DNA of 64,000 nt from Promethearchaeota archaeon (GTDB taxonomy: Archaea; Asgardarchaeota; Lokiarchaeia; Sigyniarchaeales; SOKP01): the NCBI GenBank assembly GCA_019058245.1, contig JAHPZJ010000013.1:393166-457165 (forward strand), written 5' to 3'. Positions 19,996-29,856 of the stretch are shown piece by piece. Both the position numbers and the translations under genes were made by a program. The notes under the pieces were generated by a model. The model saw only the letters and a list, made by a program, of their open reading frames with translations. It made no database searches and was not told where the DNA came from. Position 1 is the stretch's first letter; each line of letters starts with the position of its first letter.

Positions 19996-21252
19996 TTATA
20001 AAATTGTTTTCCTTATTAATTCTGAGAGGTCAAATGCTTGAATCTCATTATTTTCAATATTATTTTTGAATTGATTTAGACAGAAAGGACAACAAGATAC
20101 GATCGCTTCTGCTGTTGTTTCTTTTGCTTCCTTTATTCTTTCTTTCGCTGCAAAGGCAGAAAATTCTTTAAATGATGACCTTACACCCCCTCCCGAACCG
20201 CAACACCATGCATTATGTCTATTTCTCACCATTTCTATTAATTCAATACCAGGGATTTTTTCTAATACTTCTCTCGGTGCTTTATAAATTCCCATATGGC
20301 GCCCTATATGACAAGGATCGTGGTATGTAACTTTCATTTTCAATTCTTTGTCAAATATTAATTCTCCATTTTTTAATTTACTTCTCAAAAATTCAGGTAG
20401 ATGTTTAACATCTATTCCATGATCAAAACCAAACTTATTAGGATAAATATCTTTCCAAGTTCGGTAACACCCAGCACAAGATGTTATAATATTTTCGATT
20501 CCAGCGTTTTTAAAATAATTAATATTCTTTTCGGCTAAATTTTTAGCTTTTTCTACTTGACCTGTCATATAGACAGGAGATCCACAACATCCTTCATCAT
20601 TAAGAATTCTAAAATCAATATTTAAGGTATTTAAAATTTCTGCTGTAGCAATGGCAACAGTTTTTTCTCTATAGCTTGAAGTACAACCGACGAAATATGC
20701 TAAATTTGCATCAGGAGTCTGTTTTATATGAGAAGGTAGCCATTTAAGCCGATCTTCATGTTTTTCCATATAGGGATTTTTTTCTTCCATAATATTTTTT
20801 GTATATAGTTGTTGTTCAGGCATAGGTCCATAACCCAGTTTAACTGCTTCTTCTCTCATTGCCATTAACCATTCACCAGCAAAACTATGGATTTCTGGTA
20901 TCTGGCATTGTTCAATACAAGCCATACAAACTGAACATTGATAAAAAATCTTAGCAACTTTCTTTGTCCAATTTAATTTATTAGAGGTTAATGCCCATAC
21001 TAGAAGATTTTTCCCCCCAAGATAATATGATTCAAACTTTCCAAATTCCCCTGATGGACAAACACAAGACCAATAAGCATCTTTATATACAGTTCTGCAA
21101 GTACCACACTTTCCACACTGGTAAAATACATCTTTGTAATGTTCTAAATTCTGATATCTTTTAAGATTGTGAATTTCATATGATAATCTTGCTTGAGATA
21201 TTCCATGCCCTCTAATATATTTAACTTTTTTCTCTCTCTTTTTCTTCGCCAT
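19996..21252 (-). CDS. Fe-S oxidoreductase with 2x[4Fe-4S] and two CCG domains (GlcF/HdrD-like)
   Basis: CGKCGTC and CSVCMAC motifs, GCCG, YHDPCH, CCGSGGG, CPFC. Confidence 0.88.
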   Translation of the reverse strand: MAKKKREKKVKYIRGHGISQARLSYEIHNLKRYQNLEHYKDVFYQCGKCGTCRTVYKDAYWSCVCPSGEFGKFESYYLGGKNLLVWALTSNKLNWTKKVAKIFYQCSVCMACIEQCQIPEIHSFAGEWLMAMREEAVKLGYGPMPEQQLYTKNIMEEKNPYMEKHEDRLKWLPSHIKQTPDANLAYFVGCTSSYREKTVAIATAEILNTLNIDFRILNDEGCCGSPVYMTGQVEKAKNLAEKNINYFKNAGIENIITSCAGCYRTWKDIYPNKFGFDHGIDVKHLPEFLRSKLKNGELIFDKELKMKVTYHDPCHIGRHMGIYKAPREVLEKIPGIELIEMVRNRHNAWCCGSGGGVRSSFKEFSAFAAKERIKEAKETTAEAIVSCCPFCLNQFKNNIENNEIQAFDLSELIRKTIL

Positions 21253-21253
21253 A

Positions 21254-22681
21254 TTAATCCTCTCCGATTCCTTGTCCTGGATTCATAATATTATTTGGAT
21301 CAAGAACTTTTTTAATTTTATTTATAAGTCTGGTAGTGGAAGGAAGTGTTTTATCTTTATAGTACTTCACCGCCCAGAGAGGGGGTTTATACATGACAAC
21401 ACCATCTAATTTTTGAACGGCTTCATGAATTTCTTGTAAAATCTTTCTTGTAGTTTTTATATCCTCAGGATCATTTTTATTGAAATTAACATTACTTCTC
21501 GCTACTACATAATGACCACCAAACATTAATCTACTATAAAACTGAGGAGGTTTTCCATATTTAAGACAAATTTCTCTAGATATGTTATAATATTTTACAA
21601 CATCTCGCGTGGAGCAATAACTTCCTATCCATTGTCCTCCACCTCCCCTAGTAAAGTTCCAAAAATTCCAATATTGGACTGGAGGTGGTTTTACTCCTTC
21701 TACACCATCTGAAGCAGATAATAATCTCATTTTACCTTCATTACATATATCGATGATAGCTTCGCATTGGGCAATATGTTGTTTTTCTGTATAAGCCTGT
21801 GTGGTAATTAGTGAAATACAATCTGGTTTTTTATCTTTAACAGCATCAATAACAACATTTTTTTCATACAATTCTTGGATTGATTGACTCCATCCAAAAT
21901 TCACAAGAAGAAGATCGCATATTCCTAGACCTGCTTTAGAAAGTTTAAGTAGGACTGGAAACCCTTGATCAACTGTACGAGCAAATCCTGTATAATCTTC
22001 CCTAAATGGTAATTTTGGCCACAATTTTATCGAAGCTTTTGTTACTATACCTGTTGAACCTTCCCACCCTATAAATAATCCCGCTAAATCAGGTAAAGGC
22101 TGTCTACCATACCAATAGTTTGAAAGACTACATGAACCGACTTTAATTAAATCACCAGACCCAAGTACGACCTCTAAACCATTTATAAACTCAGCACCTG
22201 AACCCCCAATCATCCCAAGATCAAACATTCCATAACATAAGCATGATGGAATAACTCCTGTCCCAGGAGGAGACCAAGTTATCCCTGCTCTTAAATTCGG
22301 ATGATATTTCTCGAGAAAACCTTGTAAACCTGCCCATGTAATTCCTCCCTCAATTACAGCATACATATCATCTTCATTCACTTCAAGTACTCGATTTAAT
22401 CGCCTTAAATCAACAACAATCCCTCCTTTTCGAGGAGTTGCAATAGAACCAAAATTAATTCCAGTGACCCATGGAACTATTGGAATTTTATATTTATTAG
22501 CAATCTTGACAATTTCTTGTACTTCTTCAGCAGAACCAGGAATAATCACAATATCACATCTGCCCTCTGGTTCAGCAGTAATAAAATCATAATGATAAAG
22601 ATAGGTTAGTTCAGGTTGATCGGAAACATATCTTTCTCCAACTACAATTTCCAATTCCGAAATAATTTCATTATTGCTCAA
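21254..22681 (-). CDS. FAD-linked oxidoreductase (GlcD/D-lactate dehydrogenase/VAO family)
   Basis: PGSAEEVQEIV, GIVVDLRRLN, GLEVVLGSG, GWEGSTGIVTK, LDPNNIMNPG; TTG start with GGTGA SD. Confidence 0.88.
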   Translation of the reverse strand: MSNNEIISELEIVVGERYVSDQPELTYLYHYDFITAEPEGRCDIVIIPGSAEEVQEIVKIANKYKIPIVPWVTGINFGSIATPRKGGIVVDLRRLNRVLEVNEDDMYAVIEGGITWAGLQGFLEKYHPNLRAGITWSPPGTGVIPSCLCYGMFDLGMIGGSGAEFINGLEVVLGSGDLIKVGSCSLSNYWYGRQPLPDLAGLFIGWEGSTGIVTKASIKLWPKLPFREDYTGFARTVDQGFPVLLKLSKAGLGICDLLLVNFGWSQSIQELYEKNVVIDAVKDKKPDCISLITTQAYTEKQHIAQCEAIIDICNEGKMRLLSASDGVEGVKPPPVQYWNFWNFTRGGGGQWIGSYCSTRDVVKYYNISREICLKYGKPPQFYSRLMFGGHYVVARSNVNFNKNDPEDIKTTRKILQEIHEAVQKLDGVVMYKPPLWAVKYYKDKTLPSTTRLINKIKKVLDPNNIMNPGQGIGED

Positions 22682-22940
22682 TTTTATATCACCTATAGTG
22701 AGATAGATATTGATTTTTTGATAAATAATGGATATTATATTAACAAAAAATAAAATAACATTAAGTATTACAATTATGACTTATATTTTCCAATGATATA
22801 AATATTCATTATTTGAATTCAAAAATTTTATCAAATTTTGATCTCTAAATCATTATTATTCATCAAAACAATATTATACAAAAATAGAACAAATATTTAA
22901 AATTTAATTTAAAAAAAAATGGTTTATTTAAATAATCCCA

Positions 22941-23510
22941 TTATTTTATTTCGATTTTCTTCTTTTCTGGTTGTACAGGTTCAACTTTGGGGATAGTAAC
23001 TGTTAAAATTCCTTTATCCAATGATGCATCGATTTTGTCTTTATCAATATTTTCAGGCATACTAAAGCATCGATAATAACTTGAAGAATGATATTCTCTC
23101 CTAACTAATTCTCCTTCTTTCTCTTCCTTTTTCTCTTCTTTTATTTCTCCTTTAATTTCTAAATTACCATCTTGGATTGAAATCTCAATATCACCTTTTT
23201 CAAGCCCAGGTAATTCAGCACTAATTTTGAAAGAATCTTCAGTTTCTGTTATATTTGATAACGGAGTTCTAAAAATTGGTTCCTCATCTCTTATAATCAA
23301 GGAAAAAGGTCTACGACGTCTTCTTCCAAATGGCCAATTCCAATCATCAAAAAAATTTCGTTGCATATCATTGAATAAGCGATCCATTTCTTGAAATAAA
23401 GAAAATGGACTTTCCCTTCTTACAGTAATCTCTCTTGATTTTTGATCTTCTTTTTTCTCTTCCTCACTTTTTTCCTTTTTCTTAATATCAATTTTATCTT
23501 TTTCAGCCAT
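22941..23510 (-). CDS. Small heat shock protein Hsp20
   Basis: AELPGLEKGDI, YYRCFSMPENID, GILTVTIPK; ATG at 23510 follows a GAGGTG SD (ORF track starts 9 nt earlier). Confidence 0.93.
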   Translation of the reverse strand: MAEKDKIDIKKKEKSEEEKKEDQKSREITVRRESPFSLFQEMDRLFNDMQRNFFDDWNWPFGRRRRRPFSLIIRDEEPIFRTPLSNITETEDSFKISAELPGLEKGDIEISIQDGNLEIKGEIKEEKKEEKEGELVRREYHSSSYYRCFSMPENIDKDKIDASLDKGILTVTIPKVEPVQPEKKKIEIK

Positions 23511-23561
23511 TAAATCCACCTCTTATTTCAGTTTTTAATAATAATATATTATATGATTTTA

Positions 23562-23580
23562 TGTCAATCAATGATTGACA
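23562..23580. promoter_or_regulatory. Perfect 9-1-9 palindrome TGTCAATCA-A-TGATTGACA, putative operator of hsp20
   Basis: Exact inverted repeat between the minus-strand TTTATATA box (23610-23617) and the hsp20 start; extra TGTCAAT half-site next to the TATA box. Confidence 0.65.
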
Positions 23581-23893
23581 ATACTTGATTACATAATATC
23601 AATTGACATATATAAATCTTTCGTTTTTTTCATCTAAATGAGATTTTACCTGTTATTACTCTTCAATATTATGGAGGATATATAACGAAGTATATATCAT
23701 CAAAAATATTTTGTAAAGTTAATTTATTTTGTCAATTCAGAAATTGATATTACTAATCTAAAGGACTATTTAATTAAAGATAACTTTATCGGATTTAATA
23801 AGATCCTATTACTATCTAAATATAAAAATAAAAATCTTTAATATAGAAAAAAATATTATAAAGAATGCTTGAAAATTAATGATGTAGATAAAA

Positions 23894-24685
23894 ATGGAAT
23901 ATAAATTCATAAAAGTAGAAAAAAAAGAACATATAACAATTGTTACATTAAATAGACCAGAGGTATTGAATGCAATTCACCCTTATATATCACTAGAACT
24001 AGGTCATGTGATTAATGAATTTGAGGTTGAAACTAATGCATGGGTTGCAATTATAACAGGCGCAGGGGAAAAAGCGTTTTCTGCTGGTTTTGATTTAAAA
24101 TGGGCTGCAGCAACTAGTGTTGAAGAACAGAGAACAGCTTATGAAGAGGTAAGAAAGCAGAATGCTTCTTTAATAAGAAATTTTAAAATTACCAAACCCT
24201 TAATCGCTGCAATAAATGGTCTTGCCTATGGAGCAGGTTTTGAGCTTGCTTTAAGTTGTGACCTTATTATTGCCGCTAATCACGTTACTTTTTGCTTACC
24301 AGAACCTGTAGTAGGGAGAATTCCTTCAGGAGGCGGAATTCATCGATTAGTCAGATACCTTCCTTACCATCTAGCAATGGAAATTCTCCTTACACGTAAA
24401 AGAATCACTGCTCAAGAAGGTCTACAATATGGTTTTGTAAACCAAGTAGTTCCTTTCAATCAATTAATAGATGAAGCAGAAAAAATCGCAAATCTCATAA
24501 TGGAAGGTTCTCCTCTGGCAATCCGAACAATCAAACAAATGGCTATTGAAGGGCTCCAAATGTCTTTAAAAGAAGCTCTTTTTGCAAGTTTTCCACTTTA
24601 CACGAAATTTCTTCAGTCTTATGATTTTAGAGAAGGCCCAAAAGCCTTTAGTGAAAAAAGAAAACCTGTTTGGAAGGGAGAATAA
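23894..24685 (+). CDS. Enoyl-CoA hydratase/isomerase (crotonase family)
   Basis: LNRPEVLNA, FSAGFDL, AINGLAYGAGFEL, PEP, EGPKAFSEKRKPVWKG. Confidence 0.93.
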   Translation: MEYKFIKVEKKEHITIVTLNRPEVLNAIHPYISLELGHVINEFEVETNAWVAIITGAGEKAFSAGFDLKWAAATSVEEQRTAYEEVRKQNASLIRNFKITKPLIAAINGLAYGAGFELALSCDLIIAANHVTFCLPEPVVGRIPSGGGIHRLVRYLPYHLAMEILLTRKRITAQEGLQYGFVNQVVPFNQLIDEAEKIANLIMEGSPLAIRTIKQMAIEGLQMSLKEALFASFPLYTKFLQSYDFREGPKAFSEKRKPVWKGE

Positions 24686-24876
24686 TTTTAAACTAATTTG
24701 AAGTAAATCTTCTCTTTTCTTTTTATCTGTTTTATAAATAGTCAAGTTACTATTTTCTAAATAAATTTATTTTAAATTAAAGTTAATAACAGAAGAATTC
24801 TTCAATAACTTTAATAAAGCTATAAATTTTCAAATAACAGAATTATTAATAAAAAAATTAAGTTATCAAAAATCTA

Positions 24877-27204
24877 TTGGTAGATAGTATGGTAAGTCAA
24901 GATGAAAATGTAGAGGAAGAAGGAATTAAAATAGTAAGATCTAGTTCTGCATTTGATTGTGGAGGTCGATGCCCTTTAAGATTTCATGTTAAAGATGGAA
25001 AGGTGATACGAGTAGAAGGTGATGATTTTCCAGATCCAGACAAACAACTTAGAACATGTTTAAGATGTAGAGCAATTAGACAGTATATCTATCATCCAGA
25101 GAGATTAAGATATCCATTAAGAAGAGCTGGTCCTAAGGGTTCTGGGAAATTTGAAAGAATTTCATGGGATGAAGCTTATGATATTATCGCAGAAAAACTA
25201 AAAGAAACTATAGAAAAATATGGAAATCAAAGTATATTATTGGTTACTGGAGGAGGTTATCTTGCAGCACTACATACTCCAGGAGCGGCTTATTCTAGAT
25301 TATTAAACCAATTAGGTGGATTTTCATCATTTTATGGTAATATTTCTTCCCAAGGAGCAATTTTTGGAACTCAGGCATCATATGGTTTTGGACAGATCTT
25401 TGTTGGTAACAGTCGGGAGGATTGGATGAATACAAAATTAATTATATGCTGGGGTTGGGATCCTGCACGTCAGATTTCAGGAACAAATACATTGTGGTGG
25501 TTAATTAAAGCAAGAGAAAATGGCGTAAAAGTGATTGTTATTGATCCACGCTATTCGGATACTGCCTTAGTAGCTGCTGATCAATGGATCCCAATAATTC
25601 CCGGAACGGATACAGCTATGATGGCTGCTGTCGCACATGTAATTCTTAGAGAAAATCTGCAAGATCAAGAATTTCTCGACAAATATACTCATGGTTTTGA
25701 TAAATATAAAGCATATGTAATGGGAGATGAGGATGGAATTCCTAAAACACCAGAGTGGGCTGAAAAGATATGTGGAGTGAAAGCATCTGTCATAGAAGAT
25801 TTAGCAATTGAATATGCTACAACCAAGCCTGCTGCGTTAGAAGATTGTCAAGGTCCTGCCCGTTCAGCTATGGGAGGGCAATATAATCGAGGTGCTATAA
25901 CACTCTCTGCAATGACGGGAAATATTGGAAAACATGGTGGTAGTGCCTGTGGTGGTCTTCACGGGATTCCATATGGCCATATGTTTAGAGGAATAATAAT
26001 TCCATCTGGTACAAATAAAGCTTATCCAAAAGGTAAGTCTTTAAGAGGCAATATTAATCCTAGAGATCGTTTAGACACTAGAATGCATGTAAATAAAATC
26101 TTTGATGCAATTCTAAACGGAAAATCAGGAGGTTATCCTTCAGATATAAAGTTTGCCTGGTTCTGTCAATGCGATTTCCTCAATCAGATAGGAAATACTA
26201 ATAAATCAGCAAAAGCTATGAGCCGAGAGGATTTGTTTACCGTAGTTCCAGAACTATGGTTAACACCCACTGCTCAATATGCCGACATCGTCCTTCCTGT
26301 GACGGGATTTCCTGCAAGGAGTGACCTTTCAAGACCTTGGCCCTCAGGACCTTATTTTGGTTACATGAATAAAGCAATCGAACCCATAGGTGAATGTAAG
26401 GATGATATACAAATAGCAGAAGAATTAGCTGAAAGACTGGGGATTAAAAATTTCAAAAGAGAAGAACTTCTTGATCAGTTTTTAAACAATCCTCAATTAG
26501 CTCCAGCAAAACCTCTTATAGATAAATACGATGATATTAATGATAAATGGCTTCGTTTATTAGCTGTTATGGCTCAAGATCTACGAACGAATATAAAAGA
26601 TTATGAGAAGTATAAAAGAGAAGGGATCCATAGAGTTGAGCTTAAAGAACCTTATGTTGCATTCAAAAAGAATATAGATGATTTGGAAAACAATCCTTTC
26701 CCAACACCTTCGGGAAAGATAGAAATATATTCTGATCAGATTGCGAGTTGGAATAGACCTCTATGTCCTCCAATTGCAAAATATATACCAACATGGGAAA
26801 ATCGTGATGATCCATTAGTAGAAAAATATCCCCTTCAATTAATTTCACCTCATCCAAGGCAACGGGTGCATTCAGAATTATATAAGATCGAATGGTTAAT
26901 GGAAGCAATTCCACACAGAATGTGGATAAATCCAGTTGACGCTGAACTTCGAGGTGTTAGAAATGGTGATATGTGTTTAGTCTTTAATGATAGAGGAACT
27001 GTAGCAATTGAAGCTTTTGTAACGAAAAGAATTATACCTAGAGTAGTATGCATTTATGAAGGTGCATGGTATAACCCAGATGAGAACGGAATTGATAGGG
27101 GTGGATGTCCAAATACCCTAACTAAGGATGCCATGGCCGAGGGAGGTGCCGCTGCATTAAAAACCTGTTTAGTTCAAGTTAAATTGGAAAAAGGAGATGA
27201 TTAA
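24877..27204 (+). CDS. Molybdopterin (bis-PGD) oxidoreductase, DmsA-like catalytic subunit, no Tat signal
   Basis: DCGGRCPL...CLR, RLRYPL, FERISWDEA, YGNISS (Ser ligand position), PGTDTAM, ADIVLP, TPSGKIEIYS, GAWY; start may be ATG at 24889. Confidence 0.9.
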   Translation: MVDSMVSQDENVEEEGIKIVRSSSAFDCGGRCPLRFHVKDGKVIRVEGDDFPDPDKQLRTCLRCRAIRQYIYHPERLRYPLRRAGPKGSGKFERISWDEAYDIIAEKLKETIEKYGNQSILLVTGGGYLAALHTPGAAYSRLLNQLGGFSSFYGNISSQGAIFGTQASYGFGQIFVGNSREDWMNTKLIICWGWDPARQISGTNTLWWLIKARENGVKVIVIDPRYSDTALVAADQWIPIIPGTDTAMMAAVAHVILRENLQDQEFLDKYTHGFDKYKAYVMGDEDGIPKTPEWAEKICGVKASVIEDLAIEYATTKPAALEDCQGPARSAMGGQYNRGAITLSAMTGNIGKHGGSACGGLHGIPYGHMFRGIIIPSGTNKAYPKGKSLRGNINPRDRLDTRMHVNKIFDAILNGKSGGYPSDIKFAWFCQCDFLNQIGNTNKSAKAMSREDLFTVVPELWLTPTAQYADIVLPVTGFPARSDLSRPWPSGPYFGYMNKAIEPIGECKDDIQIAEELAERLGIKNFKREELLDQFLNNPQLAPAKPLIDKYDDINDKWLRLLAVMAQDLRTNIKDYEKYKREGIHRVELKEPYVAFKKNIDDLENNPFPTPSGKIEIYSDQIASWNRPLCPPIAKYIPTWENRDDPLVEKYPLQLISPHPRQRVHSELYKIEWLMEAIPHRMWINPVDAELRGVRNGDMCLVFNDRGTVAIEAFVTKRIIPRVVCIYEGAWYNPDENGIDRGGCPNTLTKDAMAEGGAAALKTCLVQVKLEKGDD

Positions 27205-27206
27205 AG

Positions 27207-29213
27207 TTGCAAGTTGGATTTTATTTTGACCAAACGAGATGTACAGGTTGTAACGCATGCAGAATAGCTTGTAAGGATTGGCATGACCAGCCTTCAGGTC
27301 TAGCATCTTGGATGAGAATTAATTACCATGAAGAAGGTCCCTTTCCTAATATCTTAGCTAGTTATCTTATCTCAAACTGTTATCATTGTGAAGAACCAGT
27401 ATGTTCATACATTTGTCCTAATGAAGCAATTACTAAACGCGAGAAAGATGGTATTGTAATTGTTGATAAAGAAAAATGCCGCGAGGAACATTCTTGTGGT
27501 ATAATATCAAAAGAAGCCATGGGTCCTAATTACCTTTATGGTGAATCTGAAGCACCCTGTCAAATAGCTTGTCCTGTTCACCTTCATATCCCTGCTTATA
27601 CTGCATTAATCGCAAAAGGAAGATTTAAAGAATCACTAAATTTAATTAGGCGTAGGATGCCGCTACCTTCCGTTTGCGGTCGTGTATGCTTGCATCCGTG
27701 TGAAGAAGTCTGTAGTCGAAAAGAAGTGGATCAAGCTATTGCTATTGAAGCTCTTAAAGGTTTTGTGTCCGATAATGTTCCTATCGAACTTCCAAAACGT
27801 CTTCCACAAACACAATCAGATAAGGTAGCTATTATTGGCTCTGGTCCTGCTGGTTTAGGTGCAGCTTATGATTTAATAAGATTAGGATATGGTGTAACCA
27901 TTTTTGAAGCATTTTCCAAGGTTGGAGGGATGCTAACATTGGGGATCCCAGAACACCGTTTACCTCGTGATATTCTCAATCGTGATATTGATTACATTAA
28001 GGCTCTTGGTGTTGAAATTAAAACTAATAGCCCTGTTGATTTAAATTCTGGGTTAGATGACCTTTTGAATCAAGGTTTTGGTGCTGTACTAATAGCAATT
28101 GGTGCTCATAAAGGAAAGAGACTCGATATTCCTGGTGCAGATTTGGAGGGAAATCTAGTAGGAACTTCATTCATGCGAGATGTCAATCTTGGTAAAGAAG
28201 TAAAATTGGGTAATAAAGTTCTTGTAATCGGAGGTGGTAATGTTGCCATGGATTGTGCTCGTACTGCTCGTCGACTTGGAGTTTCTGAAGTAGGCGTTTC
28301 GTGTCTTGAATGTTGTGATGATATGCCTGCAGATGTTTCTGAAGTTGAACAAGCTCGTGAGGAGGGAATTGAGATCTATGATTCACGCACTTTTACAAAA
28401 ATTCTAAGTAATAAAGGAAGAATAACTGGAGTAAGTTGTCTTGAAATTACAGGATGTACCTTTGATGAAAATGGAAAAGCACATTTTGATGTTGTTGGTG
28501 AAGAAGAACAAATACTTGAAGCTGATACCATTATTTTCGCAATTGGTCAAACTCCTGATATTGAGAACAACGAGAAAATAAAGCTTAGTGCAATGGGAAC
28601 AATTGAAGCAGATTTGGAAACTATGATGCTTGATAACAAGGGAATCTTTGTAGCTGGAGACTGCTTTAGTGGTATAGCAAGTATAATAGATGCAATAGCT
28701 AGTGGACAAAAAGCAGCTTCAACAATAAGTCGTTTTCTTCAAGGTGATGTGCTTCGAGTCAGACCTCAACCAATTATCAAGGCAAGTGATATAAAATTAG
28801 AGATCCCTCCAGAAACTCAAAAACAGGATCGCCAACCAATGCCTTTATTATCCCCCTCCGAAAGAGTTTCTAATTTTAAAGAAGTTACTCTAGGTTTTAC
28901 AGAAGAAGCTGCGATTGCTGAAGCTGAACGATGCCTCAATTGCGCTGGACATCTATGTAAAGATGTTTGTCCATACTCTGCACCTCAGTTTGTTGAAGAA
29001 GGGAAAGCTAGAATGCAAAAGTGTAATTATTGTGTTGATCGATTTGATATTGGGAAATTACCTATATGTGTTGAAGCTTGTTATGCACGAGCTCTTGATT
29101 CAGATACTTTAGAAGAATTAAAAGCGAAATATGGAGATGTCCAAATAGCTCATGGATTTAAATATTCTGATGGAATAAAACCTGCAATAATATTCAAGTC
29201 AAAACAGAAATAA
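27207..29213 (+). CDS. DmsB-like polyferredoxin with an inserted GltD/NfnB-like FAD/NAD(P)H oxidoreductase module
   Basis: N-terminal FYFDQTRCTGCNACRIACK and CYHCEEPVC; central PCQIACP, CGRVCLHPCE, GSGPAG, GGGNVA, EAERCLNC; C-terminal CPYSAPQF..MQKCNYC..R...PICVEAC. Confidence 0.88.
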   Translation: MQVGFYFDQTRCTGCNACRIACKDWHDQPSGLASWMRINYHEEGPFPNILASYLISNCYHCEEPVCSYICPNEAITKREKDGIVIVDKEKCREEHSCGIISKEAMGPNYLYGESEAPCQIACPVHLHIPAYTALIAKGRFKESLNLIRRRMPLPSVCGRVCLHPCEEVCSRKEVDQAIAIEALKGFVSDNVPIELPKRLPQTQSDKVAIIGSGPAGLGAAYDLIRLGYGVTIFEAFSKVGGMLTLGIPEHRLPRDILNRDIDYIKALGVEIKTNSPVDLNSGLDDLLNQGFGAVLIAIGAHKGKRLDIPGADLEGNLVGTSFMRDVNLGKEVKLGNKVLVIGGGNVAMDCARTARRLGVSEVGVSCLECCDDMPADVSEVEQAREEGIEIYDSRTFTKILSNKGRITGVSCLEITGCTFDENGKAHFDVVGEEEQILEADTIIFAIGQTPDIENNEKIKLSAMGTIEADLETMMLDNKGIFVAGDCFSGIASIIDAIASGQKAASTISRFLQGDVLRVRPQPIIKASDIKLEIPPETQKQDRQPMPLLSPSERVSNFKEVTLGFTEEAAIAEAERCLNCAGHLCKDVCPYSAPQFVEEGKARMQKCNYCVDRFDIGKLPICVEACYARALDSDTLEELKAKYGDVQIAHGFKYSDGIKPAIIFKSKQK

Positions 29214-29344
29214 TCAAATACAGAATAATTTTATAAATAAAAAAAGAATTGTGTAGTCTTTCAACTCTCTTCGTTTATAAAATCATTCTACTGGCTTTTT
29301 TTTATCATTTAATTTTAATTAATAAATATCCAATATTTATTGCA

Positions 29345-29565
29345 CAAATCGGGAACGTGATAAAATCCCGTTTGAATCCAAGCAGTCCCAACCATAATTG
29401 GGTGAGATTTTACGATTTTTTAACTATAGCGGGATAATTTCTTTCAAGACTTCTAAAGTAATTCAAAAGGCATTACTCATGAAGTATGTCTTGAACTCGA
29501 TGACGAGAGACCAATCTGATAACCTTAAGGATGATCTTTCCTCTTAAGGAAAGATTGATGATTGG
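29345..29565. ncRNA. Candidate structured non-coding RNA or hairpin-rich element (five consecutive stem-loops)
   Basis: Stems 29345-29374, 29387-29402, 29443-29495 (ttcaagac/gtcttgaa with inner agtaat/attact), 29496-29507 and 29511-29565 (inner atctttcct/aggaaagat); no convincing ORF. Confidence 0.35.
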
Positions 29566-29856
29566 CATAAATAATGGAATTTTCGAGAAATTATTAATTG
29601 TTTATAAATAATTCGAAAGTTGTTTATAAAATTTACCAATATTAGAACTAAAAATGGGTTAATGGGATTATCACTTGAACATTCACTTGGTAGAGTAATA
29701 TAGATAAATTTTAAATTCGCAAGGATCGAAGAATAGATAGTTATAAAAAAAATTTATTGAATAAATATTTCATAGAATTGATTTACGACTTACATATTAA
29801 TACTTAAATCAAAAAATCAACTAGATAAATTAATTTACATGAAAATCTAACATACT

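Noticed and set aside
29249-29437. 62-aa plus-strand ORF and a 31-codon minus-strand ORF starting at 29568
   Set aside because: No SD or recognisable motif; the region is better explained by RNA structure.
29345-29565. Resemblance to cobalamin riboswitch (GGGAA..GTG..AA.TCC), RNase P RNA (GAGGAAAG) or SECIS (ATGA..GA)
   Set aside because: The remaining conserved elements are missing (no ACTGT/B12 box, no RNase P 3' motif, quartet out of register) and no adjacent gene has an in-frame TGA.
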